DNA of 64,000 nt from a bacterium (lineage in GTDB: Bacteria; Zhuqueibacterota; Zhuqueibacteria; Residuimicrobiales; Krinioviventaceae). Within the stretch, counting starts at the first letter, position 1; each line of letters starts with the position of its first letter. The DNA lies in assembly GCA_963675755.2 (NCBI GenBank), contig CAXXMD010000003.1:1952001-2016000 (forward strand), written 5' to 3'. The notes below the pieces were generated by a model. It was given only the letters and a program-made list of their open reading frames with translations. It was not told the DNA's origin and ran no database searches. The translations under genes and the position numbers were made by a program. Positions 29,662-38,821 of the stretch are shown piece after piece.

Positions 29662-30027
29662 CTAGACCAGCTGGGCATCTATGGTTCTGAACAATTCCCG
29701 ATTTTTTACAGGTTTGGTGATCATTTTTTTGATGCCGTGCTCAGCCGCTTTTTGCAAGATGGTTTTATCTGGTTGTTTGTAAAGCCCTATGATCTGTGTG
29801 GCAGGGTGTTTGTATGCAATCTGGTCTATAATATCAAAAGCTTTCTGGTCGGTACAGTTGCCATCTTCATCGCAAAAATCAAAAAATGTAAAGTCTGTGT
29901 TTTCGCTGTCCAAAATATCCAAAAGGTCGTTTGTATCCTGCACCACTTGCACATTAAAATGTGTGCTCAACGCAAGGTACATCTGCATTCCGGTTTGCAG
30001 CTCCCCATTTAAAATGACAATTTTCAT
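29662..30027 (-). CDS. Stand-alone (atypical) response regulator receiver
   Basis: 121 aa with CheY-like pattern: FFDF, QIIGL, ITKPV. The first acidic pair is replaced by NGE. Confidence 0.7.
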   Translation of the reverse strand: MKIVILNGELQTGMQMYLALSTHFNVQVVQDTNDLLDILDSENTDFTFFDFCDEDGNCTDQKAFDIIDQIAYKHPATQIIGLYKQPDKTILQKAAEHGIKKMITKPVKNRELFRTIDAQLV

Positions 30028-30083
30028 ACGTTTTTTATTCTCTTGGCCTGGGTTTGTTAATTTTCAAGAGTAATAGGAGCAAA

Positions 30084-30905
30084 TCAGGTGTTTTGCGGAA
30101 ACTCGGTTGTTAGGGATTCTGTTTTTTCGCTGCAAACACTGTTGAAATATCGGATTGCGGGAATCAGCAACGCAACAGCAGCAATTATCCAGTAAATTTT
30201 TACATGTTGTTCGCCTGAATACCAACGCAAAGAGTCTTCAGATGTATTGAGGAACAACATGGAAGCCAGATTGTTGAGAGCGTGAAAAATCATGGATGGG
30301 AAAATGCTGTCAGATTTCCATGCCATATATCCCATAAACAATCCTATAAACAGGATTTGTAACACAGACCAGGGATTGAAATGGATGATTGCAAATAATA
30401 ATGAGGATATAAATATAGCAGCCGCTGGTTTGACATTGTTCTCTAATGTCTTCATGATAGCCCCACGAAAAAGCATCTCTTCAGTAATAGCGGCAAAAAT
30501 TACCCCGGTCAGTATGAGCAATAACGCATGCGGAATGGAGTGAAAGGTCAGCATGTCTTTCATTGCATCAAAAATATAATCGGGCATGGGAAATAGGCTG
30601 TTTACTAACCTGTCCAGCTCATCTCCAATAATAAAAAGAGAAAAAGCCAGCAACAGAGTTGCTAATAAAAGAGTGGGCGAGATCTTGTTCAATCGGAAGG
30701 TTTTGGTAAAGTGCATTTTTTTAATATATACATAGACCATTGCAGGAAAGATGATGAGCGCTTCGGTCAGTAAACCAACTGAAGGACCGAAAAAATAGGT
30801 GATTGGCAAGCCAACAACCGGTACAATAATCATGGTGACAAGCAGTATTAAAAACAGTTCAAGTGGTTTTAGAACGCTTTTGGGTTCGTTGTTAAATTCA
30901 TCCAT
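30084..30905 (-). CDS. CPBP (CAAX/Abi) intramembrane metalloprotease
   Basis: EEMLFRG, FAIIH, HALNN. Confidence 0.93.
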   Translation of the reverse strand: MDEFNNEPKSVLKPLELFLILLVTMIIVPVVGLPITYFFGPSVGLLTEALIIFPAMVYVYIKKMHFTKTFRLNKISPTLLLATLLLAFSLFIIGDELDRLVNSLFPMPDYIFDAMKDMLTFHSIPHALLLILTGVIFAAITEEMLFRGAIMKTLENNVKPAAAIFISSLLFAIIHFNPWSVLQILFIGLFMGYMAWKSDSIFPSMIFHALNNLASMLFLNTSEDSLRWYSGEQHVKIYWIIAAVALLIPAIRYFNSVCSEKTESLTTEFPQNT

Positions 30906-31677
30906 GGTTTTTCCCCAGAGTATACATTAATATGCCAGCGGCAACAGCCGCGTTCAAAGATTCACTTTTGCCAGAGCCGGGTATGCAGATGTTTTCATCG
31001 AGCAAGGGTAACAGCTCTTTACGGATTCCGTGTGCTTCACTGCCAATAACCAGGCAAGCTTTGTCCACAGGTGTTTGGATTTCTTGCTTTGCATGTTCAC
31101 TTAGCACCGAGCCGATTAGCGTAAAGCGTTTTTCTTTCAACTGTTTAACAACTTCAATCGGCTGGGCCTTGTCTTGAACAGGAATGTTAAATATTGCGCC
31201 CATGGTACTGCGCAGCACTTTGGGATTCAATATGTCCACGGAATTATCGCTTGTGATGATACCATCAAAACCAAACCATTCCGCTGTTCTGAAAAGTGTT
31301 CCCATGTTACCGGGGTCTTGAATGCCGTCAATGAACAATAATCGTTTTGCGGTTTCATAATTCGGCAGATTCTCTTCAATCTTAACAACACAGCCAATGC
31401 CCTGCGGCGAGTCTGTATCTGCCAAAGATTTGAAATTTTCCTGCGACTGGTAAGTGGGTATGTTTTGAGCAAGGATGCGCTTTAAAAGATTTTGATTGCG
31501 GTCATTTTCCTGAAAATTCTGAGCCAGAACGCAAAACTCAATTTTAGCAGATGCGTTTAGCGCTTCTTCACACAAACGTACACCCTCAATCCAGAAAAGC
31601 TGTTCTTTTTCCCGGTATTTTTTTATTTGCAAAGACCGAACGAGTTTGGCCTGCTTTTGTGACAGGGGCCCGGTCAT
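30898..31677 (-). CDS. TrmH/SpoU family RNA methyltransferase
   Basis: DGIQDPGNMGTLFRTA, RSTMG, GSEAHG, ESLNAAVA. Confidence 0.95.
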   Translation of the reverse strand: MTGPLSQKQAKLVRSLQIKKYREKEQLFWIEGVRLCEEALNASAKIEFCVLAQNFQENDRNQNLLKRILAQNIPTYQSQENFKSLADTDSPQGIGCVVKIEENLPNYETAKRLLFIDGIQDPGNMGTLFRTAEWFGFDGIITSDNSVDILNPKVLRSTMGAIFNIPVQDKAQPIEVVKQLKEKRFTLIGSVLSEHAKQEIQTPVDKACLVIGSEAHGIRKELLPLLDENICIPGSGKSESLNAAVAAGILMYTLGKNHG

Positions 31678-31681
31678 GGTC

Positions 31682-32947
31682 TTATTTCATCTTGTTTGTA
31701 AAATAATCGATAAAATCTGCCATCTTGATCTCGGTCTGGGTACCTTCTTCAAGATCTTTGACTGCGGCAACGCCTTGTTCAATTTCCTGATCACCCAGAA
31801 TTACAGCGTATTTGGCGCTATTGCGATTGGCTTCTTTCATTTGAGACTTTATGCTGCGATCACTTCCAAAGGAGATCAAAGCTGGTATGCCATGTTGTCG
31901 CAACGCAAAGGTTAATTCAATCGCTTTGTCTTTGGCGCTTTCACCCATGTGTGCTATAAACACATCTATACTTTTTAATGCAGGGGGTTCAATGCCTTGT
32001 TCTTTCATGCTGAGAATGATGCGCTCAATTCCTGAGCCAAAACCAATACCCGGTGTAGAGGGGCCACCCAGTTGTTCAATCAGGCCGTCGTATCTACCGC
32101 CGCCGCACATGGCGTTTTGCGAACCAATGCCCTGCGCCCATACTTCAAACACGGTTTTGGTGTAATAATCCAGTCCGCGTACCAGTTTGTGGTTTACAGA
32201 ATAGGCTCTGCCGGTTTTATCAAGATAACGTTTCAAAGTAGAGAAATGATCTTCACATTCTTCGCAAAGATGTTCGCTTATGACCGGTGCCTGGGCTATA
32301 ACAGGTTGACAGGTTTCTACTTTACAGTCAAGCAGTCTGAGTGGGTTTTTACCCAATCTGCGTTTACAGTCGTCACAGATTTCGTCGTAATGGGCCTGAT
32401 AGTAGGTTTTTAATGTTTCAATATAGGCGGGTCTGCACTTGGGGCAGCCGGTACTGTTGAGTTGAAAAGCAAGGCCTTTGAAGCCCAGTTCAGCGTAAAG
32501 CTGCCAGGCAATGGACATGACTTCCAGATCGAGCAGTGGATCTTGCTCGCCCAGTGCTTCAACATTAAACTGAGTGTGCTGACGAAATCGCCCTGCTTGA
32601 GGACGTTCATAGCGGAAAACAGGTCCCATGGAATACAATTTTACCGGTTTAGCCTGCATGTGCAATCCGTTTTGTAGATAGGTCCGCATAACGCCGGCTG
32701 TAAATTCAGGGCGCATGGTAACGGAATTGTCACCCTTGTCGTTAAAGGTGTACATTTCTTTTTCCACAATATCGGTAGTATCACCTACGCCGCGTATAAA
32801 CAGAGATGTTTCTTCCAGTATTGGTGGATCAATGCGTTTGTAGCCATAGATTTGTGTAATTTCATGCAGTTTTTGCTCAATCCAGCGCCAGTAGGGCTGT
32901 TCTTCGGGCAATACATCCCGCATACCGGTAATAGATTTGTATTTCAT
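31682..32947 (-). CDS. hisS: Histidine--tRNA ligase
   Basis: GMRD, RPEFTA, FRYERPQAGRFRQH, LVRGLDYY, GGGRYDGL, GIERI. Confidence 0.98.
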   Translation of the reverse strand: MKYKSITGMRDVLPEEQPYWRWIEQKLHEITQIYGYKRIDPPILEETSLFIRGVGDTTDIVEKEMYTFNDKGDNSVTMRPEFTAGVMRTYLQNGLHMQAKPVKLYSMGPVFRYERPQAGRFRQHTQFNVEALGEQDPLLDLEVMSIAWQLYAELGFKGLAFQLNSTGCPKCRPAYIETLKTYYQAHYDEICDDCKRRLGKNPLRLLDCKVETCQPVIAQAPVISEHLCEECEDHFSTLKRYLDKTGRAYSVNHKLVRGLDYYTKTVFEVWAQGIGSQNAMCGGGRYDGLIEQLGGPSTPGIGFGSGIERIILSMKEQGIEPPALKSIDVFIAHMGESAKDKAIELTFALRQHGIPALISFGSDRSIKSQMKEANRNSAKYAVILGDQEIEQGVAAVKDLEEGTQTEIKMADFIDYFTNKMK

Positions 32948-32963
32948 TGTGTTTAAATTCCTG

Positions 32964-33227
32964 CTATATGTGGTCCATCATTCCTTCAAGGATCGTTTGT
33001 GCTTTTTTCTGGTGCTTTTTGTGTACATAAATCCGGCAAACATCATCAGAAAGGCCGGCTGATTTTGCTAAAAGGCCAGAACTGAGTAAATCGGATTTGA
33101 TAACACAAGGAATACCATTGTTCTCCAGGGTTTCTTTAACCATTTCGGCATAAATCACACCCGGTAGCGTGCTGAGGCTGACCATTTCCTCGTTAGGGTC
33201 ATTTAAATTTTCTTCACTCATATCCAT
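32964..33227 (-). CDS. DUF2007-like small putative signal-transducing protein
   Basis: AEMVKETLENNGIPC...IYV...AQTIL pattern; 87 aa. Confidence 0.7.
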   Translation of the reverse strand: MDMSEENLNDPNEEMVSLSTLPGVIYAEMVKETLENNGIPCVIKSDLLSSGLLAKSAGLSDDVCRIYVHKKHQKKAQTILEGMMDHI

Positions 33228-33241
33228 TCCCCTTAAAATAC

Positions 33242-33268
33242 AAAAGGGCCTCGCAAAGAGACCCGTTT
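33242..33268 (-). terminator. Rho-independent terminator after the PTS IIA gene
   Basis: Minus strand gggtctc-tttgc-gaggccc-tttt. Confidence 0.7.
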
Positions 33269-33285
33269 AATGAAAAAAAGCTTTA

Positions 33286-33756
33286 TTATAAAGCAAAATA
33301 TTTTTGCTCTTCTTTTTTGATGGCCTCGATGACTTCTTCACTTGAATGTGAAGATGATAGCCTGTCTCGAAACTCTTTTCGGTGCATTAAACGGGAAATA
33401 CGACTGAGTGCTTTTAAATGCGGACCCGTCTGATCAACCGGACCAACCAGTAAAAAGATCAAGCGAACAGGTTTTTCATCAATAGACTTGAAATCCACAT
33501 CCTGGCGGGTAATGCCAAATGCGCTAACAAGTTCTGAAACGCCGTCGCTTTTAGCGTGAGGAATGGCAACGCCATCACCCATGCCTGTGCTCATAACACG
33601 TTCACGGTCAAGAACCGCCTGAAGTACAGCGTCTCTGTCCGTAACCCGGTTCTGGCTAGCAAGAATATCGACCATTTCTTCGATAATTCTGTTTTTTTCG
33701 GTATTTTCCAGTGGTATCCGAATTACATCTTTTGTCAAGAGGTCACTCAGATTCAT
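33286..33756 (-). CDS. PTS EIIA protein (fructose/PtsN-like)
   Basis: RE...STGMGDGVAIPHA, DFKSIDEKPV, HLKALSRISR. Confidence 0.93.
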   Translation of the reverse strand: MNLSDLLTKDVIRIPLENTEKNRIIEEMVDILASQNRVTDRDAVLQAVLDRERVMSTGMGDGVAIPHAKSDGVSELVSAFGITRQDVDFKSIDEKPVRLIFLLVGPVDQTGPHLKALSRISRLMHRKEFRDRLSSSHSSEEVIEAIKKEEQKYFAL

Positions 33757-33892
33757 AAAAACTCCTTTATCAATCGAGTATAATTTACAATTCCTGACGA
33801 ATTTTCCAAGTCCTTTTTAAGCATTGGGGGAATATACAAGTAATTCGGGGGATGTGCATCCCCCCGGTTAAGGTATAAACCGGGGGGAAGGT

Positions 33893-34297
33893 TTATGCCT
33901 TATTTTCGGAAGTTGTGTGAAATGCTTGAAATATGAGTATGGAACCGGTTATAATCAGAATTACTGGCCACCAGTCTTCTATATTGTATAACTGGGAGGC
34001 ACCCAGGGCGGAGATAATACTTCCCTTAATGATGATGCCGTAAACAGGTTTGTTAAAACGGGGGATACGAATACGGATAATTGCTTCGATAATGAATACA
34101 ATTCCGGCAGATAATAAAAACCACCAGAACCAGCTATCGTAAAACATGCCCTGGTTTTCTGCAAAAATAAAAGCTCCCGCTAAAATGAATAACGATCCGG
34201 TTATCAACCCGCTTAATGAATCCCGTGAATGATGATGTTTGGGTTTTACTGATTTTACTTGATCTGTGCTCATAATGTTCTCCTTGTTTAATGCCAC
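33893..34297 (-). CDS. Small membrane protein (LiaF-TM-like helices)
   Basis: About four hydrophobic segments; WWPVILII. Likely start is ATG at 34273. Confidence 0.7.
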   Translation of the reverse strand: MALNKENIMSTDQVKSVKPKHHHSRDSLSGLITGSLFILAGAFIFAENQGMFYDSWFWWFLLSAGIVFIIEAIIRIRIPRFNKPVYGIIIKGSIISALGASQLYNIEDWWPVILIITGSILIFQAFHTTSENKA

Positions 34298-34423
34298 GGG
34301 CTTTCTGGTTTATTATACGTAAAGTACATTTAAGTGTTACAAGGGTTTTTATCAATCGATTTTTCTTGTAATTGTTAAGCAACAGTTTAAATTATAATAT
34401 AACAAAAAATACAGGGAGATGCT

Positions 34424-35011
34424 TTGTCGTTACATGATCTAATCTTGAAACGACGAACCATTCGTCGCTTCAAACAGGAAAAAATAGTCACAGAGGTATT
34501 AAAAAGCCTGGTTGATTCAGCCCGCCTGGCACCATCTGCAATGAATATGCAGCCACTGGAGTATATTATTGTACAGGAACCAGATGTTGTTAATAAAGTA
34601 TTCCAAAACACGCGGTGGGCAGGGTATTTGCCGGATGATACGGGAAGACCCGCACCCAATGAACAACCGGTTGCCTATATTGCGGTACTTGTCAATAAAT
34701 CGTTAAAGTCTGCATGGACTGGTCATGATATTGGCGCTGCCGTGGAGAATATGATACTCTTTGCATTAGCCGAGGGAATTGGTTCGTGCTGGTTGGGTTC
34801 AGTGAACCGTGCGCAGGTGTGTGAAATGCTTAACGTACCGGATTCATACGAGCTGGATTCTGTGTTGGCTCTTGGCATTCCGGCAGAAGAACCGCGGGTT
34901 GTAGACTTTAAAGATTCACAAAAATATTATAAAGATACAGACGGTACCTTGAATGTGCCCAAACGAGATCTAAATCACATCTGTCACTTGAATGTATTTA
35001 AACGGGAATAG
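34424..35011 (+). CDS. Nitroreductase family protein
   Basis: RRTIRRF, APSAMNMQP, DIGAAVENM, GIGSCW. Confidence 0.93.
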   Translation: MSLHDLILKRRTIRRFKQEKIVTEVLKSLVDSARLAPSAMNMQPLEYIIVQEPDVVNKVFQNTRWAGYLPDDTGRPAPNEQPVAYIAVLVNKSLKSAWTGHDIGAAVENMILFALAEGIGSCWLGSVNRAQVCEMLNVPDSYELDSVLALGIPAEEPRVVDFKDSQKYYKDTDGTLNVPKRDLNHICHLNVFKRE

Positions 35012-35014
35012 AAC

Positions 35015-36046
35015 ATGAGCACAAATAAAACACTGAATGTTGCAATAATAGGAGCGGGAGCAATATCTACGCATCATGTGAATGCTATACGGCAGTTGAA
35101 TGATAATGTAAAGGTTGTTAAACTTTATCGTCGGGATGAAACCAAAGCCCGCGAAGCGGCAGAAAAGCTGGGACTGGAATATACTACAGATATAAATGAG
35201 GTCCTGAATGATCCCGAAATCCATGTTGCGGATATTACTCTGCCATCCGGACTTCATGCAGAGATGGGAATTGAATTTGCTAAAGCCGGCAAGCATGTAA
35301 TAGTTGAAAAACCCATAGATGTAACGCTGGACAAGGCCGATGCTTTGATTAACGCCTGCAAAGAAAACAATGTAACGTTGGGAGTGATCAGCCAATACCG
35401 GTTTATGGAGCCCATGCAGAAATTATACGCTCTTCTCAAGGAGCAAAAGTTGGGCAATTTGATTCATGCAGAAGCCAGCATTAAATGGTATCGCTCAATG
35501 GATTATTACAACAGCGGCGCCTGGCGCGGTACACATGAACTGGATGGTGGCGGACCGTTTATGAATCAGGGTATTCATTTTATTGATCTCATGCTTTCGG
35601 TTATGGGACCTGCTAAATGGGTTTATGGTAAAACACGTACCTGTACGCATGATATTGAAGTAGAAGATATTGGTATGGCTATGGTAGAATTTGAGAACGG
35701 TGCTTCGGGCGTGATACAGGCCTCTACCGCAACGTTTCCCGGGTTGCCGGCTAGGCTTGACGTACATGGCACCAAAGGTACGGTTGTTGTCGAGGGCGAA
35801 AGACTGGCTTTTATGCACATTGATGGTGAAGAACCTTTTCGTAAAGAGAGCGGTTCTGCAGGCGGTGCTTCAAAGCCCCTTGATATTGATTTAACTCCTT
35901 TTATTAAAGAGTTTACAGATATTTTTGGTGCTATCCGTGAAAACCGTGAACCTGTTGTAAGCGGTGCAGAAGCAAGACGCGCGTTACAGTTGATATTGGC
36001 TGTTTACGAGTCGTCAAAACAAAATAAACCGATTGTTATAGACTGA
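35015..36046 (+). CDS. Gfo/Idh/MocA family oxidoreductase
   Basis: IGAGAI, GKHVIVEKP, WRGT...DGGG...NQGIHFID. Confidence 0.93.
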   Translation: MSTNKTLNVAIIGAGAISTHHVNAIRQLNDNVKVVKLYRRDETKAREAAEKLGLEYTTDINEVLNDPEIHVADITLPSGLHAEMGIEFAKAGKHVIVEKPIDVTLDKADALINACKENNVTLGVISQYRFMEPMQKLYALLKEQKLGNLIHAEASIKWYRSMDYYNSGAWRGTHELDGGGPFMNQGIHFIDLMLSVMGPAKWVYGKTRTCTHDIEVEDIGMAMVEFENGASGVIQASTATFPGLPARLDVHGTKGTVVVEGERLAFMHIDGEEPFRKESGSAGGASKPLDIDLTPFIKEFTDIFGAIRENREPVVSGAEARRALQLILAVYESSKQNKPIVID

Positions 36047-36061
36047 AATAAAAATGATGGA

Positions 36062-36808
36062 ATGTATATGATATTAAGAGACGAGTTGACCGCAAACCTG
36101 AACGAATACCTGGCAGTGCACGAGTTTTCTGACTATGGGCCCAATGGATTGCAGGTGGAAGGTAAAGAAAAAGTTGAGAAAATTATAACCGCTGTTTCTG
36201 CGAATGTGGAATTGTTTGATCTGGCAATTGAAAAAAAAGCGGATATGATTATTGTACATCATGGTATTATCTGGAGTAAAGAAAGTCCGGTTGTTAAGGG
36301 AGGCTTAAAAGCTCGTTTAAAACGGTTACTTGACAATGAGATCACGTTGCTGGCATATCACCTTCCGCTAGATAAACACATGCAGGTTGGTAATAATGCG
36401 CAGGCAGCTAAAAATTTACAATTAAGAGATATTGAAGGCTTTATTGATGTGGGTGTTAAAGGTGTGATGGATCCTATACCTTTTACATCGTTTTTAGAGA
36501 ACGTAAAATCCTATTATGGCAGTAATCCCCTGGTTTTTGATTATGGCCCCAAAACAGTCTCTCGTATCGGGATTTGTTCGGGAGGTTCACAATACTATAT
36601 TTCACAAGCAATTGAAGACGGATTGGATGTCTTTATTACCGGAGAAGTGTCTGAACCGGTTATGCATAAAGCCAAAGAAGGGAATATACATTTCATTGCT
36701 GCCGGGCATTATGCCACTGAAAGACCCGGTATAATGGCCCTGGGTGATTATATTGCCGCTCAGTTTGATGTGGATGTTAAATATATTGATGTTCATAATC
36801 CTGTCTAG
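36062..36808 (+). CDS. Nif3-like (YbgI) dinuclear metal protein
   Basis: DYGPNGLQVEG, VHHG, YHLPLD, GHYATE. Confidence 0.94.
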   Translation: MYMILRDELTANLNEYLAVHEFSDYGPNGLQVEGKEKVEKIITAVSANVELFDLAIEKKADMIIVHHGIIWSKESPVVKGGLKARLKRLLDNEITLLAYHLPLDKHMQVGNNAQAAKNLQLRDIEGFIDVGVKGVMDPIPFTSFLENVKSYYGSNPLVFDYGPKTVSRIGICSGGSQYYISQAIEDGLDVFITGEVSEPVMHKAKEGNIHFIAAGHYATERPGIMALGDYIAAQFDVDVKYIDVHNPV

Positions 36809-36904
36809 AACCAACTCTTGCCTGTAGACCGGTCAAATGAATACATCTTGATTTTGAATTACAGGAATACTATATTATCTGTTTGGTATTGACCTGAGGT
36901 AACT

Positions 36905-37750
36905 TTGTCTACTCGTGCAAAAATAAACGGATTACTGGCACTAACGCGTCCGGTGAATGTTTTTATAGCCATGCTTTCTATTTTTATTGCGGCGCTTTTA
37001 TGCGGCAGTCTTGAGCATTGGGCAGCAATACTGCTGGCGGCTCTGTCCGGTGGTGTAATTACCGCGGCGTCTAATACCATAAATGATTATTTTGATGTTG
37101 AAATAGACAAGATCAATAAACCCAACCGGCCGGTGGCCTCGGGTTTGATCTCGAAAAAGACCGCTTTGTTGTTCTCAATTTTGCTTTATGCTGCCGGTAT
37201 CGTGTTTGGCGCATTGATTAATGAAAAAGCATTACTGATTTCGGCAATTTCATCGGTTTTGCTGTATTTCTATAGTGCCAGATTCAAACGAATGGTACTG
37301 TTGGGCAATTTAACAGTCAGTCTGGCAACCGGTATGGCATTTATTTATGGTGGAATTGCGGTTAGGAACATTGAACAGGCTGTAATACCCGCCATATTTG
37401 CATTCATGATGCATTTTGGGCGCGAGATTATCAAAGATATGGAAGACATTGAAGGCGACCAGAGAGATAATGCTATTACTTTGCCGGTCAAATATGGTTT
37501 GTTTCCGGCCCGAATGTTGACTAGTGTATTGTTTGTATTGCTGATTGTCATTACTCTGCTGCCTTACCCGCTTGGTATTTATGGCATCTGGTATTTGTGG
37601 GTGGTTATTGCCGGGGTAAATACGGTACTGGTGTTCAGTACCATAATGATCTGGATACGTCCGGAGAGAAAAATATTTTCTAAACTGAGTGTGTTATTAA
37701 AAGCTGATATGCTGGTGGGATTGTTGGCGATTTACGTAGGGAGATGGTAG
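36905..37750 (+). CDS. UbiA prenyltransferase, DGGGP-synthase-like
   Basis: RPVN, NTINDYFDVEIDKINKPNRP, YSARFKR, GN, REIIKDMEDIEGD...TLP. Confidence 0.85.
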   Translation: MSTRAKINGLLALTRPVNVFIAMLSIFIAALLCGSLEHWAAILLAALSGGVITAASNTINDYFDVEIDKINKPNRPVASGLISKKTALLFSILLYAAGIVFGALINEKALLISAISSVLLYFYSARFKRMVLLGNLTVSLATGMAFIYGGIAVRNIEQAVIPAIFAFMMHFGREIIKDMEDIEGDQRDNAITLPVKYGLFPARMLTSVLFVLLIVITLLPYPLGIYGIWYLWVVIAGVNTVLVFSTIMIWIRPERKIFSKLSVLLKADMLVGLLAIYVGRW

Positions 37751-38205
37751 GCTTTATGAGAGCATTGATTCAGCGCGTTGAAAAGGCATCGGTAACAGTA
37801 GAAAAAGAAATTGTTGGCAAGATTGATCAAGGCCTGGTTATTTTATTGGGCATTAAACATGATGATGATGAAAAAGATTTAGAATATATGGTAAACAAGG
37901 TTGTGAACTTGCGGATATTTGAAGATGTAGATGGACGGTTTAATCTTTCAGCATTGGATGTTGGCGCACAATTGCTGGTTGTATCTCAATTTACCTTATA
38001 TGGAGATACGCGGCGGGGCAGACGTCCCAGTTTTACGGATGCCGCACATCCGGATCTTTCAAAACCGCTATATCACAAAGCTACCAAAATGTTTGGAGAA
38101 ACCGGTCTCAAAGTGCAGGAAGGTATTTTTGGCGCGAATATGATGGTAGAAATACATAATGATGGTCCCGTTACGCTGATGCTGGATAGTGATGACAGAC
38201 GATAA
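37744..38205 (+). CDS. dtd: D-aminoacyl-tRNA deacylase
   Basis: MRALIQRV, SQFTL, GRRPSF, NDGPVT. Likely start is 37756. Confidence 0.97.
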   Translation: MVGFMRALIQRVEKASVTVEKEIVGKIDQGLVILLGIKHDDDEKDLEYMVNKVVNLRIFEDVDGRFNLSALDVGAQLLVVSQFTLYGDTRRGRRPSFTDAAHPDLSKPLYHKATKMFGETGLKVQEGIFGANMMVEIHNDGPVTLMLDSDDRR

Positions 38206-38821
38206 GTATATAAAGATCATGGAACAGATCCATGAAAAACCCTTAATACTGGCTTCAAAATCACCGAGACGTGCAGAGCTCTTGACACGTATTGGATTTG
38301 AATTTGACATTGTGCCCAGTCATTTTGATGAAAGTGAAATTGATATCCGTGATCCTCGTGAACATGTAAAAGCGTTATCATTAGCAAAGGCAAAACAGGT
38401 AGCTCAGGATATTGATACAGGTCGAATCATTGGAGCGGATACGATAGTCGTACTGGATGATGAAATATTGGGTAAACCCAAAGATGCGGATGAGGCGTAT
38501 GAAATGCTTAAACGTCTTCAAGGCAGAACGCACGAGGTATATACCGGGTTTGCCATTGTAGAAAAACCCCAGAATCATATCGTTTCAGACGCTGAAGTTA
38601 CGCGTGTCAGTTTTCGTCAATTGGAAGACTGGGAGATTTGGGGATATATAGGCACAAAAAGTCCGTTCGACAAAGCCGGTGCTTATGGCATTCAGGATAA
38701 AAGCGCGGTATTTGCTGAAAAGATTGATGGTTGTTTTTACAATGTTGTAGGATTTCCATTAACCAAATTTTATACTCAATTATTAACCATGTTGAATAAC
38801 AATGAACAATCAAAAAAATAA
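38189..38821 (+). CDS. maf: Maf family nucleotide pyrophosphatase
   Basis: LILASKSPRR, GADTIV, GKP, DKAGAYGIQ, NVVGFP. Confidence 0.96.
   Translation: MMTDDKYIKIMEQIHEKPLILASKSPRRAELLTRIGFEFDIVPSHFDESEIDIRDPREHVKALSLAKAKQVAQDIDTGRIIGADTIVVLDDEILGKPKDADEAYEMLKRLQGRTHEVYTGFAIVEKPQNHIVSDAEVTRVSFRQLEDWEIWGYIGTKSPFDKAGAYGIQDKSAVFAEKIDGCFYNVVGFPLTKFYTQLLTMLNNNEQSKK

Noticed and set aside
30084-30905. 'Abi' phage-defence interpretation
   Set aside because: An ordinary CPBP protease in a housekeeping operon with no defence context.
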